This document shows positions 40,022 through 53,495 of a stretch of DNA of 64,000 nt, one piece after another (within the stretch, counting starts at the first letter, position 1; every line of letters begins with the position of its first letter). Below the pieces are notes generated by a model. The model was not told the DNA's origin. It saw only the letters and a program-made list of their open reading frames with translations, and made no database searches. This DNA comes from Chara braunii (lineage: Eukaryota > Plantae > Charophyceae): assembly GCA_003427395.1 (NCBI GenBank), contig BFEA01000022.1, forward strand, positions 3,385,532 to 3,449,531, given 5' to 3'. A program made the translations under genes and the position numbers.

Positions 40022-41786
40022 CGCGTGCACACGCGTGTGGGGGGGGGGGGAGGAGACGTGCGCGTTGTCGGGCGGCTCCAGTCTTACACTGCTCTTTACT
40101 TCCTTGATGATAACCTTTGAGGAGCGTTGGATTCAGTTGTTTTGCCTGGGGGGAACACAACTGACATTAAAAGGACACGATATCATATTCGCGCAATGGA
40201 CACCGAGGTCGAGGGGTCTGGAAATAGCAGATTCATGAGCCTCAAGTGAGCTTCATTTACGCACACTATTGAGGCACATCATCGCCAAGATATAAAGGAA
40301 CGACTACTGCAGCAAAGGTGCCAGAAGCTTCAGATGAAGGACACGGACGAGAGAACCGGACTCACGTTAAGAGTCGGGCAATGGACGAGATAATAGAGGG
40401 CGCCGACTCTTGAGACGAGCCCTCGAACGGACTAAGCGGCGGTAACACTAAAGTCCGCAACGAGGTCCAAATTTGAGAGAGAACGCTACGCGAGCATGCA
40501 AGAGACCGTTGCATTTGGGCTGTACGTGAGACTTAAAAAGGGTTGCGGGCCTAAGGTTGGGAAAAGGGTCCTCGGGCCATGAGATTATTTATTTCGGGGT
40601 TCGGGAACTGTGAAAATTTATAGGGCCCAGTGCCTTTCATGTGGGGACAACGGGACGACAGGCTTGGACCTAGGCTCGGAAGGAGGTCCGGTACCAGGGT
40701 GCTGCAAAAGGCCCAGTACCCGACACAAAGACCCCCTTCGCTGAAAACTTTTCGGGGGTCCAAATAGGCCCGGGCACAAGNNNNNNNNNNNNNNNNNNNN
40801 NNNNNNNNNNNNNNNNNNNNNNNNNNNNNNNNNNNNNNNNNNNNNNNNNNNNNNNNNNNNNNNNNNNNNNNNNNNNNNNNNNNNNNNNNNNNNNNNNNNN
40901 NNNNNNNNNNNNNNNNNNNNNNNNNNNNNNNNNNNNNNNNNNNNNNNNNNNNNNNNNNNNNNNNNNNNNNNNNNNNNNNNNNNNNNNNNNNNNNNNNNNN
41001 NNNNNNNNNNNNNNNNNNNNNNNNNNNNNNNNNNNNNNNNNNNNNNNNNNNNNNNNNNNNNNNNNNNNNNNNNNNNNNNNNNNNNNNNNNNNNNNNNNNN
41101 NNNNNNNNNNNNNNNNNNNNNNNNNNNNNNNNNNNNNNNNNNNNNNNNNNNNNNNNNNNNNNNNNNNNNNNNNNNNNNNNNNNNNNNNNNNNNNNNNNNN
41201 NNNNNNNNNNNNNNNNNNNNNNNNNNNNNNNNNNNNNNNNNNNNNNNNNNNNNNNNNNNNNNNNNNNNNNNNNNNNNNNNNNNNNNNNNNNNNNNNNNNN
41301 NNNNNNNNNNNNNNNNNNNNNNNNNNNNNNNNNNNNNNNNNNNNNNNNNNNNNNNNNNNNNNNNNNNNNNNNNNNNNNNNNNNNNNNNNNNNNNNNNNNN
41401 NNNNNNNNNNNNNNNNNNNNNNNNNNNNNNNNNNNNNNNNNNNNNNNNNNNNNNNNNNNNNNNNNNNNNNNNNNNNNNNNNNNNNNNNNNNNNNNNNNNN
41501 NNNNNNNNNNNNNNNNNNNNNNNNNNNNNNNNNNNNNNNNNNNNNNNNNNNNNNNNNNNNNNNNNNNNNNNNNNNNNNNNNNNNNNNNNNNNNNNNNNNN
41601 NNNNNNNNNNNNNNNNNNNNNNNNNNNNNNNNNNNNNNNNNNNNNNNNNGGTAAGTGGTAAAGAGCCAGAGCGCACGGAAGGGAAGGCAGGTGCGCATCA
41701 TAGCCGCGCGCACGGGCGCGCGGACTGTGTACCTCGTGTGCCCGGAACGGGAAAGGGCGTCTATAGCTGCACAACATCAGAGGCCG

Positions 41787-42130
41787 TCACAACCGCGCCC
41801 ACACTCGCGCGGGTAGGAAAGGGCTTGCGTGCACTGAGTTGAAGCTCGCGCGCGCTGGATTAACACTCGCGTGGGGCAGGAAAGAGCTCGCGCGCACTGA
41901 GTTAAAGCTCGTGCGCGCTGGATTGACACTCATGCGGGGCAGGAAGGGGCTCGCGCGCACTGGGTCGGACACCGCGCGCACTGGGTCGGAGCTCACTCAC
42001 ACTGGATCGGAGGTCACACGCACCGGTGCGAGCGCGTGTGCATTGTCAGGGTGTTCGCGCGCATCACCAGGGGAGGTCGCGCGCATTGTCGGGGGCAGTC
42101 ACGTGCGCCTGCGCGCACCCGCGCACAGCG
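41787..42130. repeat. GC-rich tandem repeats (GCGCGCACTG modules, ~60- and ~21-bp periods)
   Basis: Seen directly; resembles a transposon subterminal region. Confidence 0.7.
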
Positions 42131-43341
42131 GATCAGCAACAAAAAAAAAACGAGTTATTTTAAAGAACATTTTTTAACTTTATTTGGTGTGGAATCAGTT
42201 ATAAACATTGCGTGCACACTGTATCTTAACCTTACAAGGTTAAGTAATCTTCGAAAGAGAAACACACAGTTGCATATGGTTGCTCAAATATTGATAACGT
42301 TAATCTCTACTGATAAGCAATAGACATTGTGTTCCAAACAAGTTCAACCAGACGTTGGAAAAATGTTAATTTCAATGTTATGCAAACTGTATGTTTTTGT
42401 TGTTACGTCCTTGGACCAATGTTGTAATTATGTACTGCTTGTCGTGTCATAATGTTGATCGCACGTGAGTGGACCATTGCGCAATTGTTAACCATATGTT
42501 CGCTCAACTCATATAATTACGAATTAAAATCATTGTCCGTACTGTTCAATTATTATGATGAATGTTAGCCAAGTCATTTTTTAAACTTCGGCAGCACTGT
42601 TTTTTCTATCTCGCCAAATATTATGTAACCTTCACATTTATGTTTGGAAATTTTAACTACATGTTTGACTAACATTCTAATTCATAAAATAAAATAAAAA
42701 GTACCCGTCTGTGAGTCGTCCATTGAGGCAATGACACTACGTCTATAATAATATAAGAACCATTTTCAAATTATATGAATAGAGGCCACCATAAACAAAT
42801 TACTCATGTAGTGAATCTAACATTTTTATTTATAAAATATTATTAATATTATACTGTCATTACACGTACTTTGTGTATTAGCAGTAACATAAGAGATGTC
42901 AACATAATGCAAATACTCCATACTACNNNNNNNNNNNNNNNNNNNNNNNNNNNNNNNNNNNNNNNNNNNNNNNNNNNNNNNNNNNNNNNNNNNNNNNNNN
43001 NNNNNNNNNNNNNNNNNNNNNNNNNNNNNNNNNNNNNNNNNNNNNNNNNNNNNNNNNNNNNNNNNNNNNNNNNNNNNNNNNNNNNNNNNNNNNNNNNNNN
43101 NNNNNNNNNNNNNNNNNNNNNNNNNNNNNNNNNNNNNNNNNNNNNNNNNNNNNNNNNNNNNNNNNNNNNNNNNNNNNNNNNNNNNNNNNNNNNNNNNNNN
43201 NNNNNNNNNNNNNNNNNNNNNNNNNNNNNNNNNNNNNNNNNNNNNNNNNNNNNNNNNNNNNNNNNNNNNNNNNNNNNNNNNNNNNNNNNNNNNNNNNNNN
43301 NNNNNNNNNNNNNNNNNNNNNNNNNNNNNNNNNNNNNNNNN

Positions 43342-43391
<50 letters not shown>

Positions 43392-43587
43392 AATCCCAAC
43401 GCCCATCCCCCAACCCCTACCGGGCCAAGACAAACCCGGGAAACAGCCCGCTCTGACCACGTACGCGGGCCCTAAATTTGAGTACGCGCGAATACATATG
43501 CGACACGTATGAGCATACGTGCATACGCGTACGCACGTATGAGGAGCCCGCGTACGTGTACGTCGTGCTACCCAGCTAACTTGCACC

Positions 43588-43922
43588 CTGTGTAGCACAC
43601 CGAACATGTTCGGAGCTTTTCCGAACGTCCGAACATGTTCGGATGTTCGACCGAACATATTCAAAAAAAAAAAAAAAAAAAAAACTTTGTTTTTTGGTTT
43701 TTGATTTTTCACTCGAGTTTGGTTACGAATTTGACCATACCTCCAAGGCAAACGTTGTTTGTATTATTATTTTACATAACATATATTTTTTTCAGATTTT
43801 TTTGAGAATTTGTTTTTTCCTTAAATATTTTTATGTTTGCATTCAGAGAGTTTCGGCGCTCGTTCGCGTTCGGTCCCGAACGTTCGGGTTCGGTCACCGA
43901 ACCCGAACAGGATGCTACACAA
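43588..43922. mobile_element. MITE with CCGAAC subterminal motifs and 8-bp TSD, hAT-like
   Basis: TIR TGTGTAGCA/TGCTACACA; CTTGCACC at 43580-43587 and 43923-43930. Confidence 0.8.
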
Positions 43923-45416
43923 CTTGCACCATCTTTGTACTGATATTGTTGGCAGTATATGAATATATATGTTTTACAATTATAATATATAGAGGGAGTA
44001 TGACCAACACTGAAAAATGCATAAATACATTCTTCGCAAATGCAAAACAAAGTTCCTAAGTATTATACACTAAGACAGTACAAATAAAGATAAAAGGTAT
44101 ACTGTTCATCTCATTTTTATATAAACTTTCATCACTGCGAGTTCTATCGATTCTGTGTCCCAGTCACAGACCGAATTTTAAATACTTTCTACTGTCATTT
44201 ATTCAATGAAATCATAGAAGAACCACAAATACATATACCAACGAATGTATTAAGAAAATTAATTGTCAAATACACCATTACATAAAGTTTTTGTTGGTCG
44301 GTACAACAATTGTTATCATATGCCTCGCTGCAGCAACTACACACTCTAAATGCAATGTTCGACAGTGGTTGTTTGAGATGTGAAAACGGTTTGTACATAA
44401 GACACAAAATACTTCTAATTTGGGAACACACAAACATAAGACTCAAATGATAAGAAGAAAAGCAAAGTCCATTACTCATGCTCGCAAATAAGTTAAAAAA
44501 CAAAAGTTTCATCATCGTGTGCCGCCACCTCAAACTGTTATGTTTTGTTTCACTACGAAAAAAAACGCTAAAATAAACTATTGTACGTTCAAGATTTAAT
44601 CATGTCTACTAATACGCACTTTTTTTTTTTTTTTTTTTTTTTTTTTNNNNNNNNNNNNNNNNNNNNNNNNNNNNNNNNNNNNNNNNNNNNNNNNNNNNNN
44701 NNNNNNNNNNNNNNNNNNNNNNNNNNNNNNNNNNNNNNNNNNNNNNNNNNNNNNNNNNNNNNNNNNNNNNNNNNNNNNNNNNNNNNNNNNNNNNNNNNNN
44801 NNNNNNNNNNNNNNNNNNNNNNNNNNNNNNNNNNNNNNNNNNNNNNNNNNNNNNNNNNNNNNNNNNNNNNNNNNNNNNNNNNNNNNNNNNNNNNNNNNNN
44901 NNNNNNNNNNNNNNNNNNNNNNNNNNNNNNNNNNNNNNNNNNNNNNNNNNNNNNNNNNNNNNNNNNNNNNNNNNNNNNNNNNNNNNNNNNNNNNNNNNNN
45001 NNNNNNNNNNNNNNNNNNNNNNNNNNNNNNNNNNNNNNNNNNNNNNNNNNNNNNNNNNNNNNNNNNNNNNNNNNNNNNNNNNNNNNNNNNNNNNNNNNNN
45101 NNNNNNNNNNNNNNNNNNNNNNNNNNNNNNNNNNNNNNNNNNNNNNNNNNNNNNNNNNNNNNNNNNNNNNNNNNNNNNNNNNNNNNNNNNNNNNNNNNNN
45201 NNNNNNNNNNNNNNNNNNNNNNNNNNNNNNNNNNNNNNNNNNNNNNNNNNNNNNNNNNNNNNNNNNNNNNNNNNNNNNNNNNNNNNNNNNNNNNNNNNNN
45301 NNNNNNNNNNNNNNNNNNNNNNNNNNNNNNNNNNNNNNNNNNNNNNNNNNNNNNNNNNNNNNNNNNNNNNNNNNNNNNNNNNNNNNNNNNNNNNNNNNNN
45401 NNNNNNNNNNNNNNNN

Positions 45417-45466
<50 letters not shown>

Positions 45467-45473
<7 letters not shown>

Positions 45474-47155
45474 CCCTCTTCTACAAAATTATACCTGCAG
45501 AATGTGATTAGATAAAACATGTAAAGGTACCACAATAAAAAATAAATAGAACTGCATAATAAACAAATAAGCACACATATAGACATATTTAGAAATAGTA
45601 TTTTATATATATTTATATATACATATGTAAATACATATATAGAAATACCTACACAAGCGTGACACAATAGGTGCATATGACACAAATATGAACAATGTAG
45701 AAGCTATATAACACAGAACGTAGCAGACAAATCACCCACTACAATTAAATTGTCGGCACAAAAATTTGCACAAACGGGTTATGGGACCATATACTGCACA
45801 CTCTGCGGCACAAATAAGAACTCCACACATACCAGGACATAAACATAAAAATAATAATAATAATTAAAAAACTTAAAAAGTGAAAAATACTACAGACTAA
45901 AAAATGTCACACAGACCCAAAGGCCAAAAACGCCCGCGCAAAAACGGACAAACAGGTCTGCAGATCACCACCATGTCAAAACGACAAAATGAAAAACGCG
46001 CACGACAACCCAATCCGCAAGATGACTGCACGCACACGCCGAAGCGATAGCAGGAAAAACGAGACGACACACATACACCACACAGACGAAACGCCAACAT
46101 CGCCTCAGGACAAAACATATCTAAAGATACAAGCTCGGAGACCTCCATAGCCAGTCCACGATACAACAATACAGACAAAACCAAAACAAGACAAAGACTT
46201 AATGACACAAAAAAGTATGGCAAACGTGACCCCCCAAGGCAACTACCCCCTACAATTGCATCCTTTTTTTTTCCCCCTATGTGCAAACATACCAGAAATG
46301 AGACTTTAAAAAAAAAACCTCTGCAATACGCCATACTTACCCCATGCAAGAACATCGCCCTACTCCACCTCACCTTACCCACCATGCTGCAAAACACACA
46401 TACATACCCCACTCGCGGGTTCACCCTGCGCCCCCTTCCATGGCCTGGCACACTGCACACGCTACTTATATCCCTTCACACCCATACACCTCCTCCTTTG
46501 NCCCTGCGCCCCCTTCCATGGCCTGGCACACTGCACACGCTACTTATATCCCTTCACACCCATACACCTCCTCCTTTGCTTGAGCGCAGGACTTGCCGCA
46601 TGCTAGCGGCTTGAACTATACACGCCGCTGGCGGTGCTGCATACCGCGCGTGTAAGAGAACAACCTGGCACGCTTAACCGGTCGTTCGGCTGACAGGGCA
46701 CTCGGCTGTGCCTCTGATTCTGCGCTTCATATAGTGTTGCGCCTGACTTCTCACCAACCTTCAGCCAATCCAGCTATGGCGATGACTGATGCGACGACTT
46801 CACCAGCTATGACCACTCAGGTATGGACAGTCTATCCAAACCTCTAATTGGTGGTTGGTTTCCTATAAAAAAAACCGTAACTATTACACCCTTACCCTTA
46901 TGCCAACAGGAGCCTAATGACTAATACCTCTGATGAGCTGCTATGGATGCTAGGCGGCGAAAAGCGCGCTTAAGGGCGTGCACCCCCCCTATGGTTGGGT
47001 CCTCAAACCCTCTCCTAACCCCTGCTAACCTGCTAACGCTAATCCTAACTGCTCCATAAATCTTACACATTGTTGTGTGAATACTGTGTGCGACTAAAAG
47101 GACTAACTGGCTATGTCTATTGTCTCAATTCTTGGGATAGCTGTGTTTTTACACA
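45467..47155 (+). repeat. 5' pseudo-LTR of the PLE
   Basis: Direct repeat of about 60289-61872. The left boundary abuts (CA)n and a gap. Confidence 0.92.
46925..46985 (+). ncRNA. Minimal type I hammerhead ribozyme, intact core
   Basis: CCT-CTGATGA(46930-36)-GCTGC..GCGGC stem II-GAAA(46959-62)-palindromic AAGCGCGCTT stem III-TTA cleavage triplet-AGGG stem I. Confidence 0.85.
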
Positions 47156-47979
47156 AACCCCCCCACAAGCTCTCCCAGATCATTGATCCTGTTGCTATGG
47201 ATGGGGTCGAATCCCCACCTCTTTAGACTATGCCAACTGTCCAATCTAACCAGTTCGAAAACACCACAGGAACACCAACCTAACACTACCTCTATCTAAC
47301 TCCCCAATCTATCTAAGAAACCCCAACTCCCACCCCCCACCCCCCACCCCCACTGCCCGCAGCCCTCACACCTGCATACTACATTTCATTCTCTTACTTA
47401 AACTTTCGCGGACTATCCCTTAGCTGCTCGCTTCACGCTAAAACTACACATATTGCTACAAACACTACGTAATTAATACTCATAATCATGCTATACAGAA
47501 ACACACAAAACCGCGCGTACTAGACTTTAAACAACGGAAAAACCGTACTGGATGTTCCCCTCTTGATACCCTGAACTACTACTTAGATCCTCGATTCTCA
47601 ATAATTAAAATTTAACCAGACGACGTCCAACTATAATATTGCAATCCAATCGTCCAAAAATTTGCACAAAAGATCTCATACACACGCTATTAATACTATA
47701 CTTCACCTAACTATACGAGGCTATCACCTCCCACCCTACAACCAATTGCTCATATTAAACAGCACACCACATATGTGGTACGGATAGATGGACAAGACTT
47801 ACATAGCCACAAGAATGATGAACTCACATATAGTAATATACAGAGTATTCACCCTGCTAACTAATATGACGTACGCAAGGTATTTGCTATTAGGTGGATA
47901 ACCATTGACATGATTACTAATTTTTATATGGAATTTCTTAAAATTCATCCACACCATTATGAGCTAACGTATTTATCAC

Positions 47980-49870
47980 GTTACATAAAAAGGAAATGCG
48001 ACAGGAAACGTCGAAACAGGATTTGAAATGAAATGGTTGTCTTGTCTATACCACATACCCGCTGCGCTCATGGACGTTGTTTTGAATTTTTTTTTGAGAT
48101 CTTGTTATGATGGTTTATCTTAAACGTTTCTTAAAATATTGCAATAAGCACTTCAACTCTCGGCTTCTATGATTGGTATATTGTGTGCAATCGCCACTTC
48201 AACCTTCGGTTTTCCTGCTGGTATAATACTATGGACCGTTATTACACTGGATCATGGATCGTAATGCTTTCCTGTCAAAACAATAATTGAAAGGAAATCG
48301 TCGTCACCTCCATACCACATGACCGCTACAGGTCTGATTTTTTCTGCGGTATTCACATTGTGATGTACTATCTTAATTCTTCCCTAGCTCTTACAAAGTT
48401 CACTTCAACTTTCAGACTATAACGTTGGTATAGTACTAGGACTATCAGCAATAATTGCCTGTACTTGTCTAATGCTCGTAATTTCTTAAATCCCGGATAA
48501 TATGGCTAATACGATTACGGACGAACGATTATCCGTAATATCAAAAATTTAAAAGTCGGATTTCATATGACTACGTGGGCACCATTCTTTGACGATCAGT
48601 CATGTGTCCGCCATGTATTGTTGACACGTTATGAAAATATATATTGTAGTTTTTTACAATAATCGACTCCAATTTAAAGAATCTTGCATGCTATACTGAA
48701 ATTATATCCTCTCTCTACGAAGTAATTCCGAGCGTATTAACGTTATTACCACAGTACATAAAAAGTAAAATTGTGCGACAGAAAACGTCGAAACAAAACT
48801 TGAAAAAAATAATTGTCCTGTCTATAACACATACCCAATGTGCTCATAGACGAAAAACTCCTTTCTTCTGAGATCATATTGTGGTGGTTTATCTTAAACA
48901 TTTTATTGACTATTGCAATGGTCACTCCAGCCTTCGACTTTTACGTTGGTAAACCTTGTGCAAAGGCCACTTCAGGTTTCGGGTTCTTACGTTGGTATAA
49001 TGCTATGGACGATTATTACGCTGGATCGTGGTTCGTAATGTCTTCCTGTCGAAATAAGGAACTCATCGTCACATCTATGCCTCTAGCCCGACATAAGTTT
49101 GATTTTAACTGTCGTAATCATATTCTGATATATTATTTTAACGCTTCTTTAGCTTTTGTAAGGGTCACTTCAACTTTCAGTTTTTCTACGTTGGTATATA
49201 TATCTGTACATTCCTAATCTCGTAACTCCTTAAATCCCGGATAATATAGCTAAGACGTTTATGCTTGAATGATTATCCGTAATATCGACATTTTTTAGAC
49301 GGATCGTATGGACTAGCACCAATTTATACGATGATATGGCTAAATACGATGAAGCCCGCACGATTAGGCCCATACGATTTAACACACACGTAAATCTTTT
49401 TTACGACGGTTCTTTCTGTTTTTTGGTTGATTGTAGAAATCAGCAGTAGTTCTGAATGCAACACTGTGGATTTTGGCTTGCGATGGATCGTAGGGACTTT
49501 CAACATTTTTTACCTATACTTGTTTAATCTCGTTCCTTTTTCCACATAATATGACTAATACGATGTAGCCTGTATAAGTTTCTGTAGCATCGGTAGGTCA
49601 TACAAAAGACTATAGGGTCTCTCAACAAACACACGGATATGTTATGGTTCTGCCTTACAATGGATCGTTGAAAATTCCAACCAATTATACTCGTACTTAT
49701 TCAATCTTGTATTTTCTTCGTTCCCATATAAATTACCTAATATGATTAATGCCCGTATCAGTGCATATAATACCCAAGACAGTGACAGTATACACGGTGA
49801 ATCGTAGGATCTAACAACAAATTATATAGTAATACGACTAAAATATTATTTAGCCTGTATGATTAAAACC
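47980..49870. repeat. Degenerate internal repeats of the PLE (~775-bp duplication plus shorter modules)
   Basis: ACATAAAAAG...GCGACAG(G/A)AAACGTCGAAACA at about 47983 and 48756; recurring CACTTCAAC...TGGTATA and ATATGRCTAATACGAT-like motifs. Confidence 0.8.
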
Positions 49871-51269
49871 CATAAATAGAACTCTTGTTGTTGTACACAT
49901 AGAATTAATGGCACCATCACCAACGTATACCCATACTTGTTGATCACGAATGGGATGCCTAGTACGACTTAGCCCGTATGGACAGCTGCAGTATCCAAAA
50001 GATAGGCAAGAATGGGAGAGCTTCTGTTTGCCATTAATAACTTTGATTCACGCTCTTTCGAAATCCGCACGGTGGTTCACTTACATAGGGCGCGCAACTG
50101 CGCCGAGGTTCAAATTAATAATACCAATACGTACTTACGATTATAGAAAAAGGCAATGATAGTCTATCTCCGACAGGCATATACACACCGTCCTATGAAC
50201 AAACCCTCTCACACACGATTGCTGGATATGCATGAGATTAGTTAAACGATACCTACCCTCAATATATGTGTGACGTACATCTACTCATGAAACAGACATG
50301 CTTAATGATTCTCCAAGACTATAAACGTATGATACGTCCGGGTATAATAATAATTAATTAAAAAAACTATAGAGTACCCCAATAAATACGTTCTAAGTAA
50401 GCACCCACATACGAAAGCGTATCTGCCCACACGGATAAGCAAAACCGTACATGCACAAATGAGTTTCTCCCGATGCACATCTACGAAATTACCCACATTA
50501 GGTATGCTCAGTACACATGGAGTTTTTTTAATAAAAATAACAATACGAACCTCTATTCCGTATACAGAATACTGGAAGCAATATCGATAGCAAAAGGATA
50601 CATCCGCTTCCACCTTGCTAATGTATGTTTAAGGAGTGTACATAAGATTTAGCACACAAATAAAGATCTTCTTCGAAAAATTAAAACCTAAACCATAATT
50701 TCATTAATAACAGCATCATAATAAGATCCTTTATTAAAGGGTACATGTTTTCTTACTACATTTGGACAAGCGCCGAAGACGACATATTAGAGAAAGAAAT
50801 CATATACACAAGTCTGCACATATACACATGTCTGCACATATACACATGTCTGCAACCTGCCGTGCAAACCAAAAGACACATTCCAATGAAATCTTCAAAA
50901 ATTAATAGACATAGGCTCGCTAACTAAACGTTCGGAACACAACAAAGAAAGATCGTCTGATATAAACATGACATAAAATATACAAATATACACACAAAAT
51001 AAAAACACTCAAAAGACTTCGCATTCCGCAAAAAGTAATGAGATCGTTCAAACCATCACAATGACTAGACCTCCGATTACCTATTGCAAAAACGCACAAA
51101 CCAATTCTCAATCTCTTATACGAACGATAGTAAGCAAACAACCGAAAACGAAACACTGCGCACCCACATAACCTTTTGCAACGTATAAAATACGCCAGAT
51201 TCAGCATCACTTCTCCACATGCCCAACTTGCTCCAGCTATATCTCACATACTATAGCTACCCTGTCCCC

Positions 51270-52400
51270 CTCTTACGCACATATCTACGATCCGACATCC
51301 ACTAGATCCCCCGCTAATTAACGATCCACATACCAACCAAGCTCTTCCTGCTTGTAATACCCACACAACTTCGTTGCAGGAGCTTGGAGATAAAACGGGA
51401 TCCATTCCAAAAAACGATCCGAAACACCATCCACGATGCCTGACTGACCTCAAAGTAAGCAGGCCCTCTCTCAAAAGCGGATCACTATCACGCAAAGCAT
51501 GCACTCAGCCATTGAAGGGCAACCCAGTACGCAGAGCATATAACCTTTCTACCATTCATAACCATCCCCTATGCTCAAAACGCCGGCCATATAGCTACGC
51601 CCGACCAATGGCGCTTCCGACACAGCCTCCCACTCGACAAAATCAATCTGCTTCTCCGCATGCTCCTGAAGTAGATCACTCGTTAATAACCCCACCATCC
51701 CCGCTATCACATCCACCTCCCCGTCAGGAACTTCATTCGGGATATCCCTTGATGCCTTCGTCACGAACACAGTTACTTCGCAAAGCAAACCATCCCAATA
51801 GCCCAGACACATGCACAACTTTAGAACCAATCGCCCATCCGTTGTAACACGGTAATGACGAACGGAGTTACTCGTCACCCGCAGGCTATACCTAAAATCC
51901 CTACCACAACCATCACCCCGACGATGACGGAGCTCCTGGATCTCAACCGTCTTTCCGTGGACCTCACCCACACATGTGGTAACTACATCCATAGCTGAAC
52001 TAAGATATATCACACTTGTGTCATAGGAAAAACACCGACTCCCGCCCTATCCGCGTGACAAGTGTTAACGGATCTAAATTGCCTCCCGCTCCTCGGTCAC
52101 TATCAGGATAACTTCCAAGGATTGTGAGGAGCCACACTTCCGATCACGATCGAATGATTCTTTCCCCTCACTTTGCTTCGCGATTCACACGGATAGTCAG
52201 TACCACTTGGTCGATTAACAGTTTGGATCGACGGACCAAGATTCGCCCCACGAACTAATACACATGGAGAGAACAAATAACCACCCACAACACAATAGGC
52301 TGGCTGCACGCTACCGCGCACATAAGAATCCGCATCACCATAGCTAAACAAATAACAATGATACTGGTTAGCGACACACACCTCCAATTTATACCCATAC
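51270..52400 (-). pseudogene. Possible decayed antisense ORF inside the PLE
   Basis: Protein-like minus-strand ORFs 52103-52387 and 51549-52013 with in-frame continuation past stops; no recognisable domain. Confidence 0.35.
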
Positions 52401-53495
52401 TTCCACTAGCCTAACTTGCCATTACCACGCACGTATCCCCCCAAAAAAAACACTCGCTAAAAACAAAACGGTTAGCAAGCCCGCAATTTTTTTTTAACCC
52501 CCCCCCCAAAAAATAGCCCAACCAACGTAGAAACCCCGACTATACTGCCTACCGAGATCCACAATAAATAATAAGCCAAATAGCAACCGCAAAAACAGCG
52601 CAAAAAAACAACAAACAAAGATAAGATCTATATGTACAACTACAAGTAGATAACTTCCGAAACAGGGTACCTACACTTAGACAACCCTACTCCTACATTC
52701 AATACATAAAAGCCTATCCGGAAATCATAAATACAGATAAAACTACAGATAATTACTCAACGATATTGCTTTCTATCTATTTTCCCCCCCCTTCTTTTTA
52801 AAGAACATCCACAAACAATTTAACTACTAAATATTTAAAATACAATATTAAAACGCATATGATCGGTTCTCTAAAATTTGAGATAAATAACAAATCAAAT
52901 TAATTAGCAAATATGAAAACTAAAACTAAAACTTAAACCAAAAAAAAAAAAAAAAAAAAAAAAATCATTCTGAAAATATATATTTTTTTTCAATAATAAA
53001 ATAAACATAATAAATAAATAATAATCTTAAATATGATGATAAGTGTAATTTTCTAAGAACATGCAAACCAAAAAATAATTAAAAACAATCTTTGTAAAAC
53101 GGAATCTTAAAGTTAAAAATTAACAGTAAAATACAAAACGGTCACTAATTGATAATGACACCACCCGTTATAACATTGCACAACCCTAACCTCTAGTGCA
53201 ACTATAAGGAGCACAAACCAGTGGCATGGACGCGCTAAACTCACTCTTGACACCCTTTAACCATTCTTCACATACCAAGTCCACCATACACCCCCCCCCC
53301 CTCTTTTGCACATACACACTCATATACCACACACACAAGGCATACCATAACTTAGAGATATACATAATACGGCCTCGCAAGGTACACACATCTGCCCTTA
53401 CTCTACTTCTCGCCTTCTCCTAATCAGAATCCAAATGCAAGGGACCCCATAACAATCGGAAGCTCAGACACATTTAACTAAATTAATAATCGGAT

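Noticed and set aside
38994-45685. Long ORFs in the ORF track
   Set aside because: They are open only because they run through N gaps and microsatellites.
46424-46578. Exact ~77-bp tandem duplication in the 5' pLTR
   Set aside because: The copies are separated by a single N at 46501 and the 3' pLTR has only one copy; this is a contig-overlap artefact.
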